The position numbers and the translations under genes are program-made. DNA of 64,000 nt from Clostridia bacterium (GTDB lineage Bacteria > Bacillota > Clostridia > Oscillospirales > CAG-272), in the NCBI GenBank assembly GCA_017454675.1, contig JAFTCN010000066.1:1579-65578 (forward strand), in the 5' to 3' direction. Below, one piece after another: positions 37,707-46,628 of the stretch; position 1 is the stretch's first letter, and every line of letters starts with the position of its first letter. The notes beneath the pieces were generated by a model that was not told the DNA's origin, did not search any database, and was given only the letters and a program-made list of their open reading frames with translations.

Positions 37707-38643
37707 CAGAACGTACGTCAGCCGGGACACGGAATCGCTGCTTGAGCTCTGGAACTCGGCTCATCCGTCGACGCCGCTGACGATGGAGAGGATGGCAAGG
37801 TTACTATTCCTTGACTGCAACTTTTCTCCCGCGGATCTTCTCGTGGCGGTCGGAGACGATGGCAGGGAACTTCTGGGCATGTCATACTGTCCGCACCGGT
37901 ATTTCGCAGTCGGAAAAGACGGGGACAGGGAGGAGAACAAGGGCTTCATAACCCTTTTTGCGGTCGCCTGCGACAGCTTCGACGATGTCGGAAAAGTTCT
38001 TCTTTCAGTAAGCGAGGAGCATCACAGAAGAGGCGGAAGGAGCATCATATCGACCGCCTACAGCCCGCTGTATCTCACGCAGGGGTTTGAATCGGGTGAG
38101 GAGAACTATATAAGGCTGTTCGAATCGAGCGGATATTCCCGGTCCAGCAGCTATAAACGGTCGGCGTACCTCGCTTCGTTCAGTCTCCCGGGATCATACG
38201 CCGGGGCCAGAAGAAGGCTGGAAAGCGAAGGCATCGTATTCGGCCCGCTCAGATACGAGTATCTTCAGGAGTTCCTTGACCCCGGATCCGAGTTTTCAAG
38301 TCCCGGATGGTCATGGGAGTTCAGGACCCGCCTCACTGCCGACTTCGATCTTGAAAAGGCCCGCACAGCCGTCTGCGGCGGGCATGTGATCGGAGGCTGC
38401 ATATTCGGCGATCCGAACAGCGACGAAGGCAGGTTCGGTCCTCTGGGCGTGTCTCCCGCCTTCAGGGGCAGGGGGATAGGAGGAGTCCTGTTCGCCGACT
38501 GCCTCGAGACTATGAAGAGGCGGGGAATTAAAAGAGCCTGGGCTCAGTGGACCCCCGGGGAAGGGCCGGCGCATGCTCTTTATGAAAAAGCCGGCTTCGC
38601 TATCGAGGCCTGCATCGTGAGCTTCAGAAAAGAGCTGAAATAA
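37699..38643 (+). CDS. GNAT family N-acetyltransferase (two-lobed, 314 aa)
   Basis: C-terminal acetyl-CoA motif FRGRGIGGVLF and YEKAGF. Preceded directly by the cytosine-free heptamer array. Confidence 0.7.
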   Translation: MKIRTYVSRDTESLLELWNSAHPSTPLTMERMARLLFLDCNFSPADLLVAVGDDGRELLGMSYCPHRYFAVGKDGDREENKGFITLFAVACDSFDDVGKVLLSVSEEHHRRGGRSIISTAYSPLYLTQGFESGEENYIRLFESSGYSRSSSYKRSAYLASFSLPGSYAGARRRLESEGIVFGPLRYEYLQEFLDPGSEFSSPGWSWEFRTRLTADFDLEKARTAVCGGHVIGGCIFGDPNSDEGRFGPLGVSPAFRGRGIGGVLFADCLETMKRRGIKRAWAQWTPGEGPAHALYEKAGFAIEACIVSFRKELK

Positions 38644-38677
38644 ATCCGTTTATTCTGCAGAACGACTGACTATATGG

Positions 38678-38809
38678 CAAAGGACCCGCACAGAGGGGAT
38701 ACTTTGATATCCTCGACAGATGCGAGTCCTTTTATATTCGATTGAACCGTCGTGAACCGAACGTTACGCGCAACGGTGCGGGAGGCATGTTACTCAAACA
38801 ACGGATGAG
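38678..38809 (+). repeat. Left copy of the ~130-145-nt imperfect direct repeat flanking the low-GC sigma-fusion islet
   Basis: Aligns by eye with 42248..42393. Shared blocks: CAAA(G/A)GAC, CGCAC, GGATA.TTT.GATATCC, CGAGTCCTTT, TTGAACCGT, GGCAT, ACTCAAA.AACGG. Confidence 0.7.
38679..38738. terminator. Bidirectional terminator hairpin (left copy of the flanking repeat)
   Basis: AAAGGACCCGCA-30 nt-TGCGAGTCCTTT (11 of 12 bp), followed by TTATATT on the + strand and by TTTG on the - strand. It sits between the convergent GNAT and sigma-fusion genes. Confidence 0.6.
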
Positions 38810-38880
38810 TTCCCGGTCGATCGACCGGCATGCGCGACTTTCAGGCTGTGAAGGCCCGAGCGAGATCTTTGAAGTTCAAT

Positions 38881-41800
38881 TTACTTTTCAGACTCCATCA
38901 ATGTCTTTGCCCGTTCGATGTATGATTTGAACCGTTCTTCTTCCCGAACAGAGTTAAACCATTCCCAACCGCGTTTTGCCGTCATTCCGTAATACATTTC
39001 TTCAGCTTTAGGATAAAACAGGTATCCGTAATCAATGCCTTCTCTTGTGCCGTCGGGCAATTCGATGATTTCTTTTCCCTTAATCAGCTTAACGCCGCCG
39101 TAGATCATTTCGTCACCGACATCAAGAAGCGTACCGTCGGGAATGTTTTTCCATGCAGGATACAATTCAAAGGCTTTTTCAAGATAGGCATAGCCTTCTT
39201 CTTTCTTATCCTCGCCGCAACCGAACAATCTGCAGGCGACATTAAAATGTTGACGCCAGTAGCAACCGAGCCATGCCTTCGGGATCTCTCTGTCGTTTGA
39301 TAGATCTTCTATTATTTTGATGATATATTTGCTCCAGGCGGCCGCTTTTTGCGGTGCTGCCCAATACTTGCTTGACCTGCCGAGAAAGTGAAGAAGCAAT
39401 CTGAAATTGTTAACATCGTGACGGAGTCTGCTCTCATCGGTTTTTTTGGAGTCCCAGAGCTCATCCTCGACGATTTCATCATGTACGGAACAGTACATTG
39501 TGATAGGTGACTGTATGTTTTTGATTCCGCATTTGTCGGCCAATATAACGATATCTCCGTTTTCGTCGGCAACATAGGTATATTCGGATGATGCATAAAA
39601 GCCGTCTGTCAATCCGACTGCTTCATATTTGCGCACAAGTCCGTCAGAGATCGGAAAATAACCTTCACTCCTGCCTTTGTAATATGTAAGTTCGTATACT
39701 GCTTTTTTGAGGTTTGCAAGCTCGTTCACAGCTTTGACGATACCGATTCCCTCGGCAAAATAATACTCTTTATTACCGCCGCGGTATTGATGTCCGTCAC
39801 CCATACCGGTAATATCAAACGATATCTTCATACAGTTTTCAAAAGTACCGGCTTTGGTTGTCACAGCGCCTCCGTCTGTGCAGGAGATCTTGGTTTTCAA
39901 AGGGTATTCATCATAAAGAGAGTATTCAATAAGGGAATCTGTTCCGACATTATATTCGTCAGACCAAAGGTATCTGCCGGCATCCTGAAGTATTCCGTAA
40001 ATATGATTACAGCAAAGCGGTTCGCAGCCGTTGCACCATCCTTTCCACTCAAAAGACCAACGGTCATGGCGATTGAGACTTATATGTCCCCGTTCCCTGC
40101 GTACCACAAAAAATACAAAGAAGTTCCAAAGACCTTCTGCAGTCCGCTCCGGGTTCAGAGTCTGATCGGTAGTCATAATTCTCCTTGCAGCCGAAGCAGC
40201 AGCTTTTGTATGAGCTATTTCCATCGGTGTTTTCGCAAGGACTTCCGCCCGTTCTATAGCATGAGAAACGTCGCAAAGCTTGTATTGTCCGTCTGTTTCC
40301 GTCCAGTATTCATTTCGAATCTGTTCTATCATATCGAGCCACGAATTTTCATCATACCCAAAGCGCTCAATCATTTCTTTGGATGCGATCATGACGGATT
40401 CATCATTCGCATGGATAACCCGGCAGGAAAACTCCGATACCATATACTTCGGATCATATTCGGCTACATACTCCCAGGTATTATCATTTTGCACGGGCAG
40501 AAGCCCCGTCCCGCCGTTAATATGATACTTTCCGAGCAAGCGCGTGTCGGCAGTACCGCCGTTTTGTGCAACATATTTTACGATGCCGATGCCGTCCTTA
40601 TAGTAAACTTTATAAACAGAAGTGCCTTTATAGGGATCATAGTTTTTTGTTATCCAAAGCTGGCAACCGTCAAACACACCAGCAGGCGTAACTACTTTCT
40701 CGCTGTTGCTTTCAAATCTCAACGTTGTCCCGTCAGAACCTGTCATGCATTCTCCGACAGCAAGGTCGTGATTAAAGAAATACCCGTCGCAAAGAGAAGC
40801 TGTCCGGAAAATGCGGTGAATATCGCTGTTGACAGAATTCAAATATCCTTCGCCCGCCACTTCCTCTTTCCAGTATCGCAGAGAAGAATCTGAGTATCTG
40901 AGTTCGTCTGCACGGCAGCCTATCAAATAACGGTTGGGGCTCTTTCCCTTGAATTCACCGTTCAGCTTTTCTTCATTCCGGAGAGTGTTTACGGCGAGTG
41001 CGTAATATGGATCGGACGGAAGAAGCAGTTCTATAGTCTTTTTAGTCGCTTCCACTCCTTCGCTGTATTTTTGTTCTCTGAAACAATAGTATCCAAGCCA
41101 GAACATCTCTCTTGCCAGAGCTTTGGTGAAGCCGGCTTTTTTAAGATACGGGATCTGTTTATCACGGATGAAATCGATTCTGCCCTGGCGGTCATAATAT
41201 GGGATCTGCTGTCTTTCACGGGTCGTGATGAACTCCATGACATCTTCGTTGTGGCCCAGTTCCGCCGATTCTTTGATACGTGCGAAAAGAGTGTCGTTCT
41301 TGTCACCCGGCAGCCACCACCAACCGCGCATAAGAACATCAGCCAGGGCATGATGCTTTTTATCGGATTCAGGCAGTTCTTCCACATCTCTGAGTACGTC
41401 TCTGTAGACAGTTTCAAAACCGTCTTTGCTGTTTTTGAATTGCCAGAGCTTAAGCTCCGCAACCTTCTTCATTACTTTTTCAGCCAGGGTATCGCTCCAT
41501 TTTTCATTCATAGCACACAGCTCCTTTCGAATTCGTTTGCGTCCGTCGTGAAGTTGGGATTTGACCGTGCCCTGTGATATACGCAGCCTGTCAGCGATCT
41601 CGACAACAGAAAGCCCCTCGAAATAATGCAGTTTTATGATTTCTTTTACCTTTGCGGGAAGTCTTGATATCGTTTCGTGAAGTTCAGCCGATTCTTCTTC
41701 CTTTTCATATTGCAGATCAAAGATATCCTTATCCGCAGTATCAAGGTTTTCAACGGTATCGAGCGACAGAAAGCTGCGATACTGCCTTAGCATGTTCATA

Positions 41801-42051
41801 CCGCAGTTTTTTGCAATGCGGCAGACCCATGCAGAAAACTTGCAGGGTTCATTCAATGTGTCAAGCTTTATCCATGCAGTCACAAAAGCATCCTGTGCGG
41901 TATCTTCTGCGAGAAATGCATTATGCGTTACCGAGTAAGCCGATGCAATAACGGCCTTTTGATAACGGTTTACAAGCACCTCATATGCACTCTGTTCGCC
42001 TGCAAGCGTGAGCAACACAAGGGTTTCATCATTTAAGTACCGGTACGACAT
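38881..42051 (-). CDS. ECF-type sigma-70 domain fused to a ~870-aa non-membrane C-terminal region (unknown function)
   Basis: Start ATG 42051 (MSYRYLNDETLVLL) with GGAAAGGA upstream. Region 2 AEDTAQDAFVTAW and region 4 LPAKVKEIIKLHYFEGLSVVEIADRLRISQGTVKSQLHDGRKRIRKEL. No TM segment is evident. A beta-rich module is internally duplicated (V.T.AG.F..C...GIGIVK). Confidence 0.75.
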   Translation of the reverse strand: MSYRYLNDETLVLLTLAGEQSAYEVLVNRYQKAVIASAYSVTHNAFLAEDTAQDAFVTAWIKLDTLNEPCKFSAWVCRIAKNCGMNMLRQYRSFLSLDTVENLDTADKDIFDLQYEKEEESAELHETISRLPAKVKEIIKLHYFEGLSVVEIADRLRISQGTVKSQLHDGRKRIRKELCAMNEKWSDTLAEKVMKKVAELKLWQFKNSKDGFETVYRDVLRDVEELPESDKKHHALADVLMRGWWWLPGDKNDTLFARIKESAELGHNEDVMEFITTRERQQIPYYDRQGRIDFIRDKQIPYLKKAGFTKALAREMFWLGYYCFREQKYSEGVEATKKTIELLLPSDPYYALAVNTLRNEEKLNGEFKGKSPNRYLIGCRADELRYSDSSLRYWKEEVAGEGYLNSVNSDIHRIFRTASLCDGYFFNHDLAVGECMTGSDGTTLRFESNSEKVVTPAGVFDGCQLWITKNYDPYKGTSVYKVYYKDGIGIVKYVAQNGGTADTRLLGKYHINGGTGLLPVQNDNTWEYVAEYDPKYMVSEFSCRVIHANDESVMIASKEMIERFGYDENSWLDMIEQIRNEYWTETDGQYKLCDVSHAIERAEVLAKTPMEIAHTKAAASAARRIMTTDQTLNPERTAEGLWNFFVFFVVRRERGHISLNRHDRWSFEWKGWCNGCEPLCCNHIYGILQDAGRYLWSDEYNVGTDSLIEYSLYDEYPLKTKISCTDGGAVTTKAGTFENCMKISFDITGMGDGHQYRGGNKEYYFAEGIGIVKAVNELANLKKAVYELTYYKGRSEGYFPISDGLVRKYEAVGLTDGFYASSEYTYVADENGDIVILADKCGIKNIQSPITMYCSVHDEIVEDELWDSKKTDESRLRHDVNNFRLLLHFLGRSSKYWAAPQKAAAWSKYIIKIIEDLSNDREIPKAWLGCYWRQHFNVACRLFGCGEDKKEEGYAYLEKAFELYPAWKNIPDGTLLDVGDEMIYGGVKLIKGKEIIELPDGTREGIDYGYLFYPKAEEMYYGMTAKRGWEWFNSVREEERFKSYIERAKTLMESEK

Positions 42052-42247
42052 TTTTTTCCTTTCCCGAAATGATCTGTTCAGGTGAAAAAACAGCTGTTCA
42101 GATCTGCCTGAGTTTCGATGCATCTGTCATACAGACACAAATTGTATTAAAAAGGTTGGAAACAGAATGTGTTTTTTTTCATGACAGTGTGGTTTTTCTG
42201 AATCGAAATTGCTAGGATGAAAGCAACCTGTTTTATTCCATTACTGA

Positions 42248-42393
42248 CAAAAGACTCGCACTGGCTGGATATTTCGATATCCGGGCCGGTACGAGTCCTT
42301 TCATTATTGTTTGAACCGTTCGCTGACCCGCGGTTTGCGTGACGAACGGAAGGCATTGAGGTTTACGGGGACGGAAACTCAAATAACGGGGAG
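42248..42393 (+). repeat. Right copy of the imperfect direct repeat flanking the low-GC islet
   Basis: See the left copy. Same orientation, and about 70-75% identity by eye with a ~20-nt insertion. Confidence 0.7.
42249..42308. terminator. Bidirectional terminator hairpin (right copy of the flanking repeat)
   Basis: AAAAGACTCG...CGAGTCCTTT stem. On the - strand it is followed by TTTTGT, directly downstream of the P-type ATPase stop. Confidence 0.6.
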
Positions 42394-42431
42394 CGTCTGC
42401 CCGGTGCAGGCCGCTGAACTATAACGGCGGC

Positions 42432-44393
42432 CTATTTGCTTCTATCCGAAAGGAGTCGCGAGCTGTTTATCAGCACCGAGAAGGCGCCGACGTTATGCAG
42501 CACGGCTCCGGTCACCGAGCTGATCACACCGAAAGAGGAGAGTATTATCATCACCGCGCTCACGAGCATCGAGAGGATAAGGTTCTGGTAGATGATCTTC
42601 TTCGTCCTTCCGGCAAGCTCGAGGGTGAAGGGTATATTGGACAGGCGGTTGTTCATCAGCGCGATGTCGGCGGACTGGATCGCGAGATCGGATCCCATGG
42701 CGCCCATCGCGATGCCTATGTCGGCGTCGCGCAGGATGAGCGCGTCGTTGATGCCGTCGCCGACGGCTATGACGCTCCTTCCGGCCTTGCGGAGCTCCTC
42801 AAGGCGTGAAAGCTTGTCCGAGGGCATTAAGCCGTAGAAAGCCCTGTCGACGCCTGATGAGGCCAGGACGGGCCTTCCCGTCGATTCTCTGTCGCCGGTG
42901 AGCATGACGGTATCGGTGACGCCGAGTTCCTTGAGTCTGGCGACGGCTTCCGCGGCGTCCTCTCTGGGGGTGTCGCCGAAGCTCAGCGCGCCGAGAAACC
43001 GGTCGCCGCGGCATACGAAACTGAGCGAGCCTTCGGCATCTTCGGCGAATTCGGGCGGTATCCGGCCGGGGCATTCTGTGTCGAACCATGCGCGCTTGCC
43101 GAACATCACGCGGTCCCCGTCTCCGTCGGTCCCTTCCGTGCCGCATCCCGAGATCTCTCTGATCTCCGCGAGCGCGGGCTCTGTCACGGCGTCGTGAACG
43201 TCAGGGTCGCTGTCGTTTGCGGAGAGCCAGTTCGATACCGCTCTCGATACGGGATGTGCCGAGCCCGCCGACAGCGCTCCAGCGCAGGAGAGGAGCTCCC
43301 GCCTGTCGGCACCTTCGGCGGGATATATGCAGGTAAGGGTCATTTCGCCGACCGTCAGTGTGCCGGTCTTGTCGAAGACCACCGCGTCGACTTTAGACAT
43401 CTTCTCGATGAACTTCGAGTTTTTGATGAGGATACCGCGCTTTGTGGCGGAAGAGAGGGCGGCGACCATCGGGGCCGAACTGACGAGCATCTGTCCGCAC
43501 GGGCAGGACACGACGAGAATCGCTATCGCCCTTGAGATGTCGGAATTCACCAGCGCGACCGCGGCGGCGATCGCCAGCACAAACGGGATGTAGTAGTGCA
43601 TGAACCGGTCGATGAGACGCGATTCGGGGATGTCGAGCTTTTCGGACTGCTCGAGCAGTTTTATGATATTCGAGAACGAGCTGTCGGAGTATTTCTTCTT
43701 CACCTCGACGGTAAGTCTGCCGTCCAGATTGACGGTGCCGGCGTACACCGGGTCGCCGGGGCCGGCGAATACCGGCTCGGCCTCGCCTGTGAGGGATTTC
43801 TGGTCGATGTTAGAGTTTCCGGAGACGATCTCGCAGTCGGTGGGGAAGCCGTCGCCCGGGAGTATCAGCAGACGCTGCCCGGGCTCGAGGACCGATGCGT
43901 CCACCGTGACCGACGTCTCCTGCCCCTGCGCCCCGTCGCCGGTGATAAGCCGCGCGCTCGTCTGGCGCATCCTCCTCAGGCCGTCTATCGCCTCGCGACC
44001 GCCCATTATGCTGCGTTCCTCGAGTATGTGTGCCGCGTTGAGGATGACGGGGATGAGCAGGCCTGTTATGAGCGATCCCGAGAAATAGCATGCCGTTACC
44101 GCTATGGCGACCAGTATCTCCATCGAGTTCGTCAGGTTCTTCCCGAATATCCCCTTTACCGCCACGGCGTATATGGGAATGAGTTCTATGACGATCCCGA
44201 CGGTATATATCAGCGCGACGATCCCCTCGCGCCCGGGGAAGAGCCTCCCCAGCAGAAGCCCGGCTGCCAGCGCGACGAGCCCCGCGGAGCCGGTCACGAT
44301 GTCCACCGTCATGCTTCTTCTGCCTTCGGGCGAGAGGTTGTCCCTCGCAAGGGCGTCGAGGCTGTTCTTAGCCATGTGATCTATGTTTTCCAT
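42432..44393 (-). CDS. Heavy-metal-type (P1B-like) P-type ATPase without N-terminal metal-binding domain
   Basis: DKTGTLT phosphorylation site, TM SCPC motif, SAHPVS (HP motif) and GDGINDA hinge. No CxxC HMA domain at the N-terminus. Confidence 0.85.
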   Translation of the reverse strand: MENIDHMAKNSLDALARDNLSPEGRRSMTVDIVTGSAGLVALAAGLLLGRLFPGREGIVALIYTVGIVIELIPIYAVAVKGIFGKNLTNSMEILVAIAVTACYFSGSLITGLLIPVILNAAHILEERSIMGGREAIDGLRRMRQTSARLITGDGAQGQETSVTVDASVLEPGQRLLILPGDGFPTDCEIVSGNSNIDQKSLTGEAEPVFAGPGDPVYAGTVNLDGRLTVEVKKKYSDSSFSNIIKLLEQSEKLDIPESRLIDRFMHYYIPFVLAIAAAVALVNSDISRAIAILVVSCPCGQMLVSSAPMVAALSSATKRGILIKNSKFIEKMSKVDAVVFDKTGTLTVGEMTLTCIYPAEGADRRELLSCAGALSAGSAHPVSRAVSNWLSANDSDPDVHDAVTEPALAEIREISGCGTEGTDGDGDRVMFGKRAWFDTECPGRIPPEFAEDAEGSLSFVCRGDRFLGALSFGDTPREDAAEAVARLKELGVTDTVMLTGDRESTGRPVLASSGVDRAFYGLMPSDKLSRLEELRKAGRSVIAVGDGINDALILRDADIGIAMGAMGSDLAIQSADIALMNNRLSNIPFTLELAGRTKKIIYQNLILSMLVSAVMIILSSFGVISSVTGAVLHNVGAFSVLINSSRLLSDRSK

Positions 44394-44441
44394 TGTCCTG
44401 TATGTCCGTTTCTGTGCCGGTCAGACTGCCGTCATTCCTGA

Positions 44442-45440
44442 TCAGCCGCCGGTCTTTCCGCCGATCACGATCCTCGAGTCGGAATCGCCGTCGGTGATCT
44501 TCACGGTTCCGATCGCGCCGATCATGGCCGCGATCTTTTCATTGTATATGCGGGTCCTCACCTTTTCCGGATTCGTTCCGTATTCGTCGAGCACTCCGTA
44601 GAACTCAGAGAGGTAAGAGTTTGCCGCGGCTACCGCAGACGCCTTTTCAGCCGAGGCTGCCGATACCAGTGTGTCGGCCTTTGCCTCGGCGGACGGGATC
44701 AGGCTCCCTCTGTAGAGCGCGGCGTTCTCGAGTTTCGTCGCGGCAGAGACCTTGGCGGAGTTGACGGCGTCGTACATGTCCTTTACCTCGAACGGCATGC
44801 TGACCGAAGTCAGTTCGACCGATTTCAGCGTTATGCCGGCTCCTGCGCCGTCGATCAGTTCCTGCGCTCCGCGGAGGACTTCATCGGAATAGCGCAGCTT
44901 GCCCGAGGTGAGGAGCTCCTCCGCCGACATCGGAGCGGCGGCTCCGGACATCGCGCTGCTGACCGACGCCGTGACGAGCTTCGTACCGTCGTCTATGTTC
45001 AGCGTATAAGCCACGGGATCGGAGATGACGTACTGAACCGAGGCGGAGATTATGATCAGGTTCCGGTCGCCCGTGATCACGTATCCGTTGTGCGAGTAGC
45101 TTGTCATGTGCGTCGGGGTGTAATGCGTGGTGACGTCGAGCTTCATAACGCTCCCGACCGGTACGGTCACCACTTCATCGATGATGTACGGGAATGCAAG
45201 CAGCAGTCCCGGCTCGTGTATCTGCTCCTCGGGCGTCGTTCCGAGGAGCTTCCCGAAGCGGAGCACCAGCGCCACTTCGCCGCTCTTTACGATGCGGATC
45301 CCCGAGAGCGCGATGACGAGCAGCACGACAGCGGCGAGCACGGCGAACCAGACGGTGAGCGACGAAATTATGTCTGATGCGGCGGCGGACCTGTCGGTCC
45401 CGCCTCCGGCAGCGGCCTTCTTCAGATCTTTTCTTTTCAT
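44442..45440 (-). CDS. SPFH/Band-7 domain membrane protein (HflK-like paralog 3)
   Basis: A single N-terminal TM, then IVKSGEVALVLRFGKL..EPGLLLAFPYIIDEV, which is typical of HflK/C-type SPFH domains. ATGA overlap with the upstream gene. Confidence 0.75.
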   Translation of the reverse strand: MKRKDLKKAAAGGGTDRSAAASDIISSLTVWFAVLAAVVLLVIALSGIRIVKSGEVALVLRFGKLLGTTPEEQIHEPGLLLAFPYIIDEVVTVPVGSVMKLDVTTHYTPTHMTSYSHNGYVITGDRNLIIISASVQYVISDPVAYTLNIDDGTKLVTASVSSAMSGAAAPMSAEELLTSGKLRYSDEVLRGAQELIDGAGAGITLKSVELTSVSMPFEVKDMYDAVNSAKVSAATKLENAALYRGSLIPSAEAKADTLVSAASAEKASAVAAANSYLSEFYGVLDEYGTNPEKVRTRIYNEKIAAMIGAIGTVKITDGDSDSRIVIGGKTGG

Positions 45441-46624
45441 GACTGCGCCGTTCCTTCCGCTTCCTGCTCTGCGGCGGTGGCTTCGGGGAGCGTTCCGGCT
45501 GAAGCGTTCTCGATGAGCTTGTAAATGGCATTGCTCAGCGCCTCAGCGTCTTTCTCCGGGAGCTGGGAGAGGATGTATGTAAGGTCTTTCAGCACGGTCC
45601 TGTTTCCGGCGTCGCCGTCGCCCGAGAGCATGTCGGAGTAGTCGCGGAGCACGGTGAAGGGGTAGGTGTCGGTATCGACGATCAGCACGGTGCTGTCACC
45701 TACCGACGAAACTGCGGTGTCGAGTCTGCGAAGGAAGGTGTAGAGCTCGAGATTCGCGTCCTGCGCCGCGGCGTAGATCGACGCCACCTCAGCCTCTGCG
45801 GCCGCCTTTATCTCGGCCGCCTTCGTCGTGCCGTCGGCGATGATCGAGGCGGCTTGGGCGTCGGCCTCGGTCATGATCCTGTTTGCGTCGCGGTCGGCGT
45901 TGGCGAGAATGGTGTCGATGTCCTTCTGGCGTTCGGCCGTCATCTGGTCGAATACGCTCTGGAGGTTGGTGTCGGGGAGCGACAGCCGCAGGATCCGGAC
46001 GTTCAGCACCTCGATACCGTAATTTGAGCGGCATCTGGCGGCGACGGTATCAGTTATCGCCTGCTGTATCTCCTCGGTCTTTATCGACTCTGATTCGAGC
46101 GATACGATGTTCGAGAGATCGTACCCGCCGAGAATGCTGTTGGTCGCGCTGAACACCTGGTCCCTTATATACGAATCGATGTTGCCCGACGCTCCGACGC
46201 TGTTGTGATAGAGCAGCGGGTCACCGATCCTCCAGATGATGTATGGCTGTATGATTATGTTGCGTTTGTCGCCGGTTATCGTCTCGAGATAGGCGGTCTC
46301 GAGGTACTGCAGGCGGCTGTCATAGTTCGTGACGGTCTCGAACGGCCAGGGAAGGCGCAGATGGATCCCCGCCTCGGTGACCTGAGAGCGTGGCGCGCCG
46401 AACCTCAGCACGATCGCGCAGTTGCCTTCGCGGAGCCGGAATGTGAATCCGAACCAGACTATGAATACGAGGATGGCAGCCGCCAGTATGATCCTGGAGA
46501 CACGTCCGCCCCGGCCTTTCCTTGCCGCAGGGGCGGGGGAGACGGTGTTTTCCTTCACGCCGGCAGCGTTCTCACCGGCCGCGGCGTTTTCAGTTGTATC
46601 TCTGTCTTTTTCGTTCATGCTCAT
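45437..46624 (-). CDS. SPFH/Band-7 domain membrane protein (HflC-like paralog 2)
   Basis: An N-terminal TM, then REGNCAIVLRFGAP..GIHLRLPWPFETV..IIWRIGDPLLY, followed by an Ala-rich coiled-coil region. ATG 46624 (GGAGAA RBS) is preferred over TTG 46639. Confidence 0.75.
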   Translation of the reverse strand: MSMNEKDRDTTENAAAGENAAGVKENTVSPAPAARKGRGGRVSRIILAAAILVFIVWFGFTFRLREGNCAIVLRFGAPRSQVTEAGIHLRLPWPFETVTNYDSRLQYLETAYLETITGDKRNIIIQPYIIWRIGDPLLYHNSVGASGNIDSYIRDQVFSATNSILGGYDLSNIVSLESESIKTEEIQQAITDTVAARCRSNYGIEVLNVRILRLSLPDTNLQSVFDQMTAERQKDIDTILANADRDANRIMTEADAQAASIIADGTTKAAEIKAAAEAEVASIYAAAQDANLELYTFLRRLDTAVSSVGDSTVLIVDTDTYPFTVLRDYSDMLSGDGDAGNRTVLKDLTYILSQLPEKDAEALSNAIYKLIENASAGTLPEATAAEQEAEGTAQS

Positions 46625-46628
46625 GATG

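Noticed and set aside
37401-37764. Two reverse-strand ORFs (109 and 98 aa) across the heptamer array.
   Set aside because: Their sequences are only S/L/F/H repeats generated by the 7-nt tandem array. A 7-nt period is not codon-compatible, and no RBS is present.
38742-38930. A 62-aa plus-strand ORF here, and a 69-aa reverse ORF at 42147..42356, as candidate anti-sigma genes next to the sigma fusion.
   Set aside because: Both lie within the repeat and terminator elements, lack an RBS, and show no TM or zinc-binding anti-sigma motif.
38678-42393. The flanking repeats as integron attC sites (a gene cassette).
   Set aside because: There is no intI gene or attI, I could not identify RYYYAAC/GTTRRRY core pairs, and the repeats look like duplicated terminators. 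The question is left as an open insertion-mechanism issue.
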